Below, piece after piece: positions 29,161-40,400 of a stretch of DNA of 64,000 nt. The notes below the pieces were generated by a model. That model was not told the DNA's origin. It saw nothing but the letters and a program-made list of their open reading frames with translations, and ran no database searches. The stretch is from Cenococcum geophilum (lineage: Eukaryota): assembly GCA_050273025.1 (NCBI GenBank), contig CP158636.1:3286001-3350000 (forward strand), written 5' to 3'. Within the stretch, counting starts at the first letter, position 1. Every line of letters starts with the position of its first letter. Position numbers and translations under genes: made by a program.

Positions 29161-29215
29161 ACGCAGCCTACGCGTAGCCTGCGCGCAACCTGCGCGCAAC
29201 CTGCGCGCAACCTGC
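29161..29215. repeat. 11-bp tandem repeat CCTGCGCGCAA, ~5 copies
   Basis: Directly visible. Confidence 0.85.
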
Positions 29216-29371
29216 TAGTAATTTACGCATTTGGCAACTATAATTATATTTACCTCTTTTATACTAATAATATATTTTAAATAAATAAAAGCTATTTTAA
29301 AGCTATTTATAAGGCTAGCAAAATAAATATTATTATTTTAGATAATTTAATATAATATAGCGATAGTTCTC

Positions 29372-29772
29372 TTCTACCTATCTATCTATTAACTTACCTA
29401 CCTACCTGCATCGCCTACCTATTTATATCGCTTACCTATCTATATCTACCTATCTACATTTGCCTACCTATCTATATCTACCTACCTATCTATATTTACC
29501 TACCCGTTAGCATTTATCTACCTATTTATATCTGCTTACCTATTTATATCTACCTACCTATTTATATCTACTTATTTATATCTACCTACCTATCTATATC
29601 TACTTACCCATTAGTATCTACCTACCTATCTATATCTACTTGCCTATTTATATCTACTTACCTATCTATATCTACCTACTTATCTATATTTACTTACCTA
29701 TCTGTATTTACCTACTTGTCTATATTTACCTACCCGTTAGCATTTACCTATTTATGCCTACCTGTCTATACT
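29372..29772. repeat. Degenerate (TACC/TATC)-based array, ~14-18-bp units
   Basis: tctacctacctatctata-type units. Confidence 0.85.
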
Positions 29773-29819
29773 ACCTTAATTTAATTAATCGATTAAATCG
29801 TTTATAGTGTTGGCTGGCT

Positions 29820-30830
29820 AGTCGTTATTATCTGGCTTTGGCGACGGTTGTCTGGTTCTAGCGACGGTTGTCTAGTTTTGGCGACAGTCGTCTAGCTCTA
29901 GCAACGGTTATCTAGTTCTAGTAACGGTTGTCTAGTTCTAGCGATGGTTATCTAGTTCTGGTAACGGTTGTCTAGCTAGCGACGGTCGTCTAGTTCTAGC
30001 GATAGTCGTCTAGTTCTAGCGACGGTCGTCTAGTTCTAGCGATAGTCGTCTAGTTCTAGCGACGGTCGTCTAGTTTTAGTAACGGTCGTCTAGCTAGTAA
30101 CGGTTATTTAGTTTTAGCGACGATCGTCTAGCTCTAGCAACGGTTGTCTAGTTTTAGTAATGGTTGTCTAGCTAGCAACGGTTGTTTAGTTCTAGCGACG
30201 GTTATCTAGCTTTAGTAACGGTTATCTAGTTCTAGTAACAGTTATCTAGTTCTAGCGATGGTTATCTAGTTCTAGTAACAGTTGTCTAGTTCTAGCGACG
30301 GTTATCTAGCTCTAGTAACGGTTATTTAATTCTAGTAACGGTTGTCTAGCTAGTGACGGTTGTTTAGTTTTAGCGACGGTTATCTAGCTCTAGTAACAGT
30401 TGTCTAGTTCTAGTAACGGTTATCTAGTTCTAGTAATAGTCGTCTAGTTTTAGTAATAGTTGTCTAGTTCTAGCGATGGTCGTCTAGCTCTAGCAACAGT
30501 TGTCTAGTTCTAGTAACGGTCGTCTAGCTAGTAACGGTTATCTAGTTCTAGTAACGGTTGTCTAGTTCTAGTAATAGTCGCCTAGCTAGCGATAGTCGTC
30601 TAGTTTTAGCGACAGTCGTCTAGTTCTAGTAATGGTTGTTTAGCTAGTAACGGTTATCTAGTTCTAGTAATAGTCGTCTAGCTAATAACAATTGTCTAGT
30701 TTTAGCGATAATCGTCTAGCTCTAGCAACAGTTGTCTAGTTCTAGCAACGGTCGTTTAGCTAGCAATGGTTATCTAGTTTTAGTAACGGTTATCTAGTTC
30801 TAGCGACGGTCGTCTAGTTCTAGCAACGGT
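29820..30830. repeat. 20/16-bp minisatellite GGTCGTCTAGTTCTAGCGAC (~50 units)
   Basis: Directly visible; less RIPed units TCTGGTTCTAGCGACGG at the left edge. Confidence 0.92.
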
Positions 30831-30960
30831 CCTCTACTGGCTGCTGTTTTAGTGCCTCCCTAAGTAGGGAGGATATAAAGAAGGAAGGAAGGGTAAAAAA
30901 TAAGGTGGCTATATAGGGTAGAGGCATGTGTAGAGGCTATTAGGAATATAGCAGGGACCT

Positions 30961-31616
30961 AATATAGAGCTTCGTGTAGAGCCTCTATACGTAGAGCTTT
31001 GCGTAGAGCCTCGTGCAGAGCCTCTATACGCAGAGCTTCTCGCAGAGCTTTGTGCAGAGCCTTTGTACGTAGAGCTTCTCGCAGAGCCTCGTGCAGAGCC
31101 TCTGTACGCAGAGCTTCGCGCAGAGCCTCATGCAGAGCCTCTGTACGCAGAGCTTCTCGCAGAGCCTCATGCAGAGCCTCTGTACGCAGAGCTTCTCGCA
31201 GAGCCTCGTGCAGAGCCTCTATACGCAGAGCTTCTCGCAGAGCCTCGTGCAGAGCCTCTATACGCAGAGCTTCTCGCAGAGCCTCGTGCAGAGCCTCTAT
31301 ACGCAGAGCTTCGCGCAGAGCCTCGCGCAGAGCCTCGTGCAGAGCTTCGTGCAGAGCTTCGCGTAGAGCCTCGTGCAGAGCTTCGTGCAGAGCTTCGTGC
31401 AGAGTCTCTGTACGCAGAGCTTCGTGTAGAGCCTCGTGTAGAGCCTTATGCGAAGCTTCGTGCAGAGCTTTATGCAGAGCCTCTATGCGCAGAGCTTCGT
31501 GCAGAGCCTCTATACGCAGAGCTTCGTGTAGAGCTTCGTGTAGAGCCTCTATGCGCAGAGCTTTGTGCAGAGCCTCTATACGCAGAGCTTCGTGTAGAGC
31601 CTCGTGCAGAGCCTCT
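30961..31616. repeat. 12/15-bp minisatellite (GCAGAGCCTCGT / GCAGAGCCTCTGTAC / GCAGAGCTTCTC) with 39-bp higher-order unit
   Basis: Directly visible; source of the three overlapping repeat ORFs in the track. Confidence 0.92.
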
Positions 31617-31621
31617 AAGTA

Positions 31622-31672
31622 ATAAGACTATAAGATTATATGAGATTGTATAAGATTGTATAAGATTATATA
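31622..31672. repeat. 10-bp repeat TAAGATTGTA, ~5 copies
   Basis: Directly visible. Confidence 0.8.
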
Positions 31673-31689
31673 TAATAGTTAAATATATA

Positions 31690-32065
31690 GTATATAACTT
31701 TACCTTAATCGCACGTTAATAAATATATAGTTAGCTTTTAAAGTTATTAAGTAGGTTAACTGCGTGTTAAAGGATATACAGTTAGCTTTTAAAGTTGTTA
31801 AGTAGGTTAACTGTATATTAAGTTAGTTAAATTATATATTAAGTAGGTCAACTGCGTATTAAGTTAGTTAAATTGCATGTTAAGTAGGTTAACTGCGTAT
31901 TAAGTTAGTTAAATTATATATTAAGTAGGTCAACGGCATATTAAGTTAGTTAAATTATATGTTAAGTAGGTCAACTGCGTATTAAGTTAGTTAAATTGCA
32001 TATTAAGTAGGTTAACTACGTGTTAAGTTAGTTAATTGCGTGTCGAGTTGGTCAAATTGCATATT
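31690..32065. repeat. Alternating 20+21-bp repeat (41-bp dimer TAAGTAGGTCAACTGCGTAT-TAAGTTAGTTAAATTGCATAT)
   Basis: Directly visible; last unit un-RIPed GTCGAGTTGGTCAAATTGC. Confidence 0.88.
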
Positions 32066-35000
32066 AATTACGCGAAACGCGAAAACCAAAGTCTACTTAA
32101 ATCTCATCCTGCGAATATTTTCCCGATATAGGATATTAAAAGACATCTTAATTTGTCTTCCTTTAATAGTTATCTAAATAGGTCCTATTTTAAGATTAAT
32201 AATCCCTCCTCTATAGGTTATTAGATCTCCTAAAATTGTAACTAATAGGTAAGGTTATTCCTTTTATCTGTAAGGTAATCCTATTCTCTTAACTACTGCT
32301 AGTAAGATATGGTTCCGTGTTGCTCTACTATCTATTAGCGCTTTAAACTACTAATCTTACTACTTAACTTATAAATTTAGGTATTATCCTTAAATTCCTT
32401 TAAGGGTCTAAGGCTCTATTACTAGCTCCCTCTAGTCCTATAGGCCTCTACTTTTCTTAACTATTAGCTGCTTAATTCTATTATATTTAGCTTACTCTTT
32501 AGCTAATACCTAGTTCGCTTTTTATCTTTAATATACTATAAATACGTATTTTCTAGGTATCTCCACTACTATTATCTATCTAAGCATTCTTCTATAAGGA
32601 ATCTTCCTGGCTAAAGTATTAAATTTCTTTCCTCTTAGACTTCTGCTAGATGCCATCTATATATATATTTAGCATTCCTATACTATCGCTTATCTATTAT
32701 CTAGTATATCCTTATAGGGTATTTCCAATTCTTTTCCTTTGGATTCTTATGTATCTTATATATATCGTCTACGTATATAATCCATAATAGCGTATAGTAT
32801 ACTAGGTGCTTTAGGTTAACTCTTAACTTATCTTTATCTTTAAGTTTAAACCTTTATTATACTAATCTAAACGTTATAACTTTATTTATAGGTACTAAGA
32901 TATATCTCTTACTTCTCTAGTCCTCTAATTATTTTTTTAGATCCTTTAATATTATAATTAAGGCTCCTTTAATATAAGTTATGGCCTTCTCTATAATTAG
33001 GTAGTTCTAAATAACTCTTTTATCCAACTATATATAGAAATCTTTCCACTTATTATTATGTCGTTGCCTATACCACTTTTAGTATAGCTGCTAGAGTATA
33101 TACGGCTTGTCCATAAGGAAGTATCTTCTTATTACTATATTATAACAGCCTTTTATATATTGTTCCTTAAACCTAGTAGGGATCCTTAAATCCTCTTTAT
33201 CTTCTAGTTTGGTAAGCTACTTAGCTCTTAGTATGCCTGCCCTAGACCTATTAGTAATTCTTTATACTAGTGCTCTATCCCTTATACGTCCTAATATGCT
33301 AAATCTCTTATTTAGTTTCTATTCTTACTATACGATAATTCTTTATCTAAATTCTTTTATGGTTTCTTTTAGTTTATATTTTACGCTTAAATCCTTAAAG
33401 TCTTCTTACTTCTTAATCTTAGTGTTAACTTTTTGATCTTTAGGCCGAATACTATATTCTTCTAGTAAGTCTTCTAGGTCTATATATCTGTCTCCTAGTC
33501 TAATTGCTATTTACGCTGCAGATTCTCTAATCTATAAAGAAGCCTCTTACCTCTTATTTATGGGTGTCTTTATTCGTACTCTAAATTCTTAACTTCTTTA
33601 AATTCTTAATCCTGAGCTTGCTTCTATCTTAAGCTTTACTCTAGCCTTAGTCTAACTAGGCTTACTTAGTATTCTTATTTTATCTTAAAAGTCTTAAATC
33701 TTACTTATCTTATCTTAAGAGTCTTATACCTTTAGGAAACTTCGTCCTAAGCTTATTCGTATATTACTAAACTAAGCTATTACTCTACTCTATCGGTTAT
33801 CGTCTATTATAGGTCCTTAAGCTTACCTTATCTCGTCTTAAGAATCTTAGTTATCTTGCATCTTGTCTTAAAAATCTTAAGTTTATAGCCCTTTACCTTT
33901 ATTAAGTGCTAAAGTGGCTTACTATCCTACTTCTCTTGCATCTTATAAAGCGATAGATATCATATCTAGTGGGGTTTTAATCCCTACCAATATTCCCTAT
34001 TCTGTAGTAGAATTATCCTTTACCTCTTATATAATATCTTTAAGGTTTACTTACTCCTAGTAAGCGGCCTATATTACCTTATCGTTATAAAATATTTCGC
34101 CTATGTTAAAGTTATTATCCTTAATATCCGATCTACGAACTAGTTTATTAGTTCCTTTATATCCTATAGGTGCTAGCTCCTATAGCTAGTAGCTTACACT
34201 ATACTTAGCGTCCTTATAAATTTGGTATACATTATTATAACAAAACGCAAAACTTTTAATTAAACATTATTTTGTTCCTTATAGTATATTATTATCCCTT
34301 TATATATATATATCGTCTACTAGTCTCGTTTCCTTTACTATATAGTAACTCTAACTACTTCTATAGTCTCTAGCGTAGTAACCCTATTTTCCGCAATTTA
34401 TATAAGCTCCTTTTTTAAACCATTTTTCTTGCTATAGAGTCCGCCTAAACATCTTCTGCTGCTAAGATCCCTGGTTTAGCCTCTACTCCTTAGACCTTTA
34501 ATTACTTAATCCTTATTCTCTAGGTTTCTATAGTTATTTATTTCACCTTCTAGTTTCTTAAGTACTACTTAGGTCTGTTAGCTTTATGCTATACTATAGT
34601 TTTTAACTTAGCTTTAGTTATTACGTACTCTACGCCTTATATAACTATAAAACTCTATTCTAGCCTCTCTTAGTCTGTTCCCTTTAGTAGATCTAATTAT
34701 TAATCTTAATCACTTAATCTATTAATTCCCGTAGGGTGTCCGTATCTTCTATTAGGATAATTACGTCCTAAACTTTAGCCTTAAGTCCTTGCTTATACTG
34801 TGCTATAAGCGCCCTATTATTCCACTCTACTTATATTGCTAACGTTTAGAACTATATTATATACTTAATTACTAAGGTTTATTACGTAATGTCTTAGAGT
34901 TTTCTTTTTACTATAGTTATTGCCTCTAGGTTTTTAAATACTTATATAAGTTGTTCTATAAATCCGTTCTAGCTTAAAAATATAAACCATACTTCTTAAT

Positions 35001-37457
35001 TTGTTATTATTATTCCGTTTACTTATATCTCTATAAGGTAAGGCTTAAACTATTTAAGTGCTCTTCCTATTAAGAATAGTCCTGCGTATGCTATTTAATC
35101 CATAGGTATTACCAGCTTTACTCCCTCTTACGCTACCTTAAAGTGCATTTATATAAGGAATCCTTTAAGCTTTAATCTCTCTCCTAAGTATCTTTTAATT
35201 AATGGTAACTTAACCTTTATTGCGCCTATCCTATTAATCCTATTTTCTAACGTCGCATTATTTTCTATTAGCTAGTTAACTATCTCTTATAGTTATTTGA
35301 CCGTTATAGGTTGCTATAAGTTAGTGTCTGCTATACTAGTGTCGTTACCTAACTAGTGTGTCCAACAGTTAGCTTAGCTGCGAGATTAAGAAAAATAGCT
35401 GACTGACTGCGTCAATTAGATCGCTCGCTGTTTGCTAACTGTTAGATAATGTACGCTAACTGTTAAGCTGCCAGCTAGCTGTCCCAATTAGGAAATTTGT
35501 ATAGATTTTATAGTATTTTATTTTAGATTTTTGGCAGCACCTCTCTATATACAAATATAAACATTACCCAATTAAAATCTAGCCCCAATTTACCTAATAC
35601 AGTATTTAAATATAGCCAAATTCGTCCTGCACCCGTAGAGGCTTAAAAGGTAGGTAGAATAGTCGGTGGTAAGGGCTCCGGAGGCTCTATTTCTATATTA
35701 GATTTAATTAAATATAAAGCTCTATTAAATCTACCTTACCAAGCTAGCTTTTCTGCCTTTGTAGTTAGCTTATAGCCAGTAAGATTAACATTTAAGCTTG
35801 TTAACCAGGGTGTAGTTAAAGCTTTATTAGAGTTAATACAGTTAATTAAACTACTTAATAAAAGGCCTTTAATTAACCACCACTTCTGACATTAATCTGC
35901 TTCAATCGTGTCGGCTAATAGTCTATTACGCTTATTAGTGACGATCTTTTTAGCTTAACTAAAGGCTTATTTATATATAGAGCTTATTACTAGTATAGAG
36001 AATAGATTAAGAGCAATCTTAGCAAGCGTTAGATAAAGGATTTGACCGACTTTAAGCCACCAGTTAAGAGGATTAGGAATGACGTCGTTCCGCTTATTAC
36101 TATTATCGAAACAGATCTTAATAAACTTAAGGCCTGCGTTATAGTAGCGGTTAAGCTCACTAGCGAGCTTAATACGCTTTTAATTACGCTTTAAGGAAGT
36201 AAGGCTCTTATCTACGACTAAGAACTGTGCGTATTTATTAGCTAAATCGTTATCAGATTTATAAGGAACCTTCCTACGTCATAGCTTAACTAGTTCCTCA
36301 TCTTCCTTATCTACTTACTTATTAATATAGTTATTAAATAGAGTCTCCATATACCGCTCGGCGTGCTTCCACCACTAGGGCTACCGTTTCTACTTATCGC
36401 GAAAGTAGGCGCGTTTAAGAGACGGATAAAGAATCACTACGGTAAAATAGTAAGGGCTCTCAGCCTTCATTTTATCGAAATATTTATTAATCTTTTTAAT
36501 AGCCATATTAACGCCCAATTTAAGGAAGGAGTTACATTTATTTTTAAGGCTTAGCTAAGTTCGCTAGAGGATTTAATAGAGGAGCTCTATATTAGTGATT
36601 GACTCCTATAGAGCGCCATATAAGCCTTTAACACCAGGACTATTAGTATCGCCTTCTATACGCTTAGTAGCTGATATAAAAGGCTTTAGGATCTTAATAA
36701 GCTGCTCTGCCTACTACTAATCTTCATTAGTAAGCGCGTTCTGAGATAGATCGTAGCTATTGTTAGCGGGCTTCCTCTAAGCTAGTAGATATTTGTTAAT
36801 CGCTTTATAAAGAAGCAATATACGGCGGAGCATAAAGTAGGTTAAATTCCACCGAACGCCTCTGTCCTTAATAAGCAGAAGCTCTGCTTAATTAAAAAGA
36901 TTATCCTTAATATAGGCCTTAGTCTAGTTCTCAGCGAAGTCCTTACGGCGTCTTATTAATCGCATAATATATTTAATAATATTATAAAGCTTACCTATAA
37001 AGCCTCTCTACCGCATAAGATTAAATTTAATATAGTCGCTCGCGCCAATTATTAAGCGTTTAAGCTTACTTATACCTTTACCGTATATCAAAGCCTTAAC
37101 AATAAGGTTAATAATATAGCCAACGCACTAAAGCCGCTCCTTTTTAGCCACTAAGAGGCTTTATAAGAGGTAGTTATAGAGCTTATTATTATTACTAGCG
37201 TTATTAGTTATTAAGGAGCCAAGCTTATAATTAAATTAATACTTTTAAATTACTAACACTAGGGCCGTTGCTATATTCTTAGCAGAGTATAATCCTTATA
37301 GTCGTAGAAGGCCTAAAAGTACTAATTAAAGCTTTCTACCTTTATTAATGAAATAAGCCACTATACTAAGCAGTAACATTCCGTTTATAAATATCCAGAT
37401 ATTATAGGTAAGATTAATTTTACTAAGTGCGGTAAGGAGGAGGTCTTTAATATTAAC

Positions 37458-40400
37458 TGTTACGGACGCTTTAAGTACGATGTTACGACTACTTGGAGAA
37501 GAGTTGGAAGAAGCTAGTTGGTTAATATAAGCACGGTCCAGGATAGAACCCGTGGAACCATATAATGAGGAATGGTAGCTAAGGTTATATAAGGTGCTAC
37601 GTAAGGAACGCGAGGAATAAAGGGAACTCATATACCTTATGTATAACACATACATCACATATAAGAAGGATTTTATAGGAGTACAGTTGTGTATTTAAGG
37701 ACCCTTAGTCCCTACCTAGATAGTTCCTTTCTTGTAATAATTCTTAGAATACAATTGGAGTTAATCTGTTAGGCAACCACTCTACTAGTTATTATTACGT
37801 TGTTAACTATTATCTTTGTATTTCCTATATACCTAGCCCATTAATAAGTCTACCGTAGTTCCTACTATAAGGCTCTGTTACACAATTACTACCCGGTTAT
37901 AGTATTAAATATAAGAAGTTAAACAACATGCTACCAAAAGCAGCTATTATAACGCCATTAACGGCGGCAACTACTTTAAGGTTAGGGGGTGACACTAGTA
38001 TGGTAGATACTGACTCGCCATAGCCTATAACGGTAGAATAATTATAAGAAATAGTAGATTAATTAATAGAAAATAATATAATACTTAAGAATAGACTTAA
38101 CGGGATCGGAGCAGCAAAGGTTAAGTTACCTTTAATTAAATAATTCTTAGGGGAGAGATTAAAGCTTAAAGGATTCCTAATATAAATATATTTTAAAGTC
38201 ATGCAAAAAGGGGCTAAGTTAGCTATAATAATAGACTAGATAGCCTATGCAGGACTATTCCTAACGGGTCGGGCACTTAAATAGTTTAAATCCTACTTAA
38301 TAGAAATACAGACTAACGGAATAACTACTACCAATTAAGAGGTACGATTTGTGTTTTTTAGCTAGGTAGGATTCGCGGAATAATTAATATAGATATTTAG
38401 GGACCCGGAAGCAACGACTATAGTAAAGAGAAAGCTTTAGAACCTAACATAGTGAACTTTAGCAATTAAGTATATAACGTAGTTTTAAACACTTATAATA
38501 TAAGTTAAGTAAAATAATAAGGCGCTTATAGTACAGTACAAATAGGGACTTAAGGCTAAAGTCTAGGACGTAATTATTTTAATAGAAGATACGGATACCC
38601 TAAGGGAATTAATAGATTAAGTAATTAAAATTAATAATAGGATCTTCTAAAGGGAACAGGCTAAGAAAGGCTAGGATAAAGTTCTATAGTTATATAAGAC
38701 GTAGAGTACGTAATAACTAAAGCTAAATTAGAAACTATAGTATGGCGCAGAGCTAATAAACCTAAGTGGTACTAAAGAAATCTATAAGAGATAGAGTAAG
38801 AAACTATAGAAACCTAAAGGTTAAGGATTAAGTAATTATAGGACTAAGAAGCATAGGCCAAACTAAGGATCTTAGTAGTAGAAGACGTTTAAGCGGACTC
38901 TATAGTAAAAGTAATAGTTTAAAAACGGAGCTTATATAAATTGCGGAAAATAGGGTTATTTTACTAGAGACTGTAGAAGTGGTTAAAGTTATTACGTAGT
39001 AAAGGGAACTAGATTAATAGTATATAACATATATGTATAGAGGGACGATAGTATACTATAAGGAACAAAAGAATGTTTAATTAAAAGTTTTGCGTTTTGT
39101 TATAATAACGCATACTAAATTTATAAAGACGCTAAGTATAGTATAAGCTATTGGCTATAAGAGCCAGAGTTAAGAGGACTTAAAGGAACTAAAGCGTTAG
39201 ATAAAAAATAAGATCGACTCTATAAGCTAGATTAAGATATTACAGTAACGTACGGATAAAGATTAGTAATAATAATAATGGAGTCGAAGCACTTATTAAT
39301 TAATAGCGATAAGGATAGTAAAGGAACTAACTGGGGGTATCTAAACCTTAATAACGCAATAGAAGTAGAGACTAAGACCGCTATAGAGTAAGGTTTAGTA
39401 ACGGGTATTATAACACCGTTAGATACGGCATCTATCACTTTATAAGATGGAAGGAGTAATATTTAGAGATAATTAAGTAAGTAGACGACTGCTAGTGCTA
39501 GCTTACTACTTAATAAAGGCAAAAGGCTAAAGGCTTAAGATTCTTAAGATAAGATAAAAGACGACTAAGATTCTTAAGACAAGATAAGGTATGCTTAGAG
39601 ACCTATAACGGATAATAACCGATAGAGTAGAGTAGCAGCTTAGTTTAGAAATATATAAATAAGCTCGGGATAAGCGTTCCCAACGGCATAAGACTTTTAA
39701 GATAAGATAAGTAAGATCTAGGACTCTTAAGACGAGATAAGGACACTAGTAAAGCCTAGTTGGACTAAGGCTAGAGCTAAGCTTAAGTTAGAAGCAAGCT
39801 TAGGATTAAAGAATTTAAGGGATTAAGAATTTGGAGTACGAATTAGGACACTTATAAGTAAGAGGTAAGGAGCTTCCTTATAAATTAGGGAATTTGCAAT
39901 ATAAACAGCAGTTAGATTAGGAGACAGATATATAGACCTAGAGGACTTACCAGTTAAATAAGATGTTTAGACTAAAGATTAAAAGTTTAATACCGAGATT
40001 AAGAAGTAAGAAGACTTTAAGGATCTACTTATAAGATATAAAAAGAAAGAAACTATAGAGGAGTTTAGAGTAAGAATTACCTTATAGTAGGAAAAGAAAC
40101 TAGATAAGAGATCTAGTACGTTAGGACGTATAAGGGATAGAGCACCCGTATAAAGAATTATTAATAGGCTAAGAGTAGGCATACTAAGGGCTAAATGGCT
40201 TACTAAATTAGAAAATAAAGAGGATCTAGGGATTCTTACTAGGTTTAAAAAACGATATATAAAAGGCTATTATAACGTAGTAATAAGAAGATACTTCCTT
40301 ATAAATAAGCTATATACACTTTAGTAGCTGTACTAAAAGTGGTATAGATAGCGACATAATGATAAGTAGGAAGATTTCTATATATGGTTGGATAAAAAAG

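Larger units (their letters stand above)
29044..32128. mobile_element. 3085-bp non-autonomous TIR element composed of tandem-repeat arrays
   Basis: TA|CATCGGCAAAATAT ... ATATTTTCCCGATA|TA (14-bp TIR; terminal TG->TA is RIP-type). Removal restores the D1 sequence colinear with D2 41270-41320. No transposase motif seen. Confidence 0.85.

Noticed and set aside
30999..31653. Three overlapping repeat ORFs (RRASCRAS / AEPRAEPLY / QSL) as a protein-coding gene
   Set aside because: All three frames are open only because the 12/15-bp units lack stops; the starts are non-ATG or arbitrary, there is no unique domain, and the array lies in a non-coding TIR element
29820..32065. CRISPR-like or telomeric arrays
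   Set aside because: Head-to-tail units without unique spacers, no cas genes, no TTAGGG; fungal RIP context
33209..33436. Hydrophobic ORF also at 39979-40182
   Set aside because: Antisense shadow of a purine-rich coding stretch of family D; I/L/Y/S-rich composition typical of RIPed DNA
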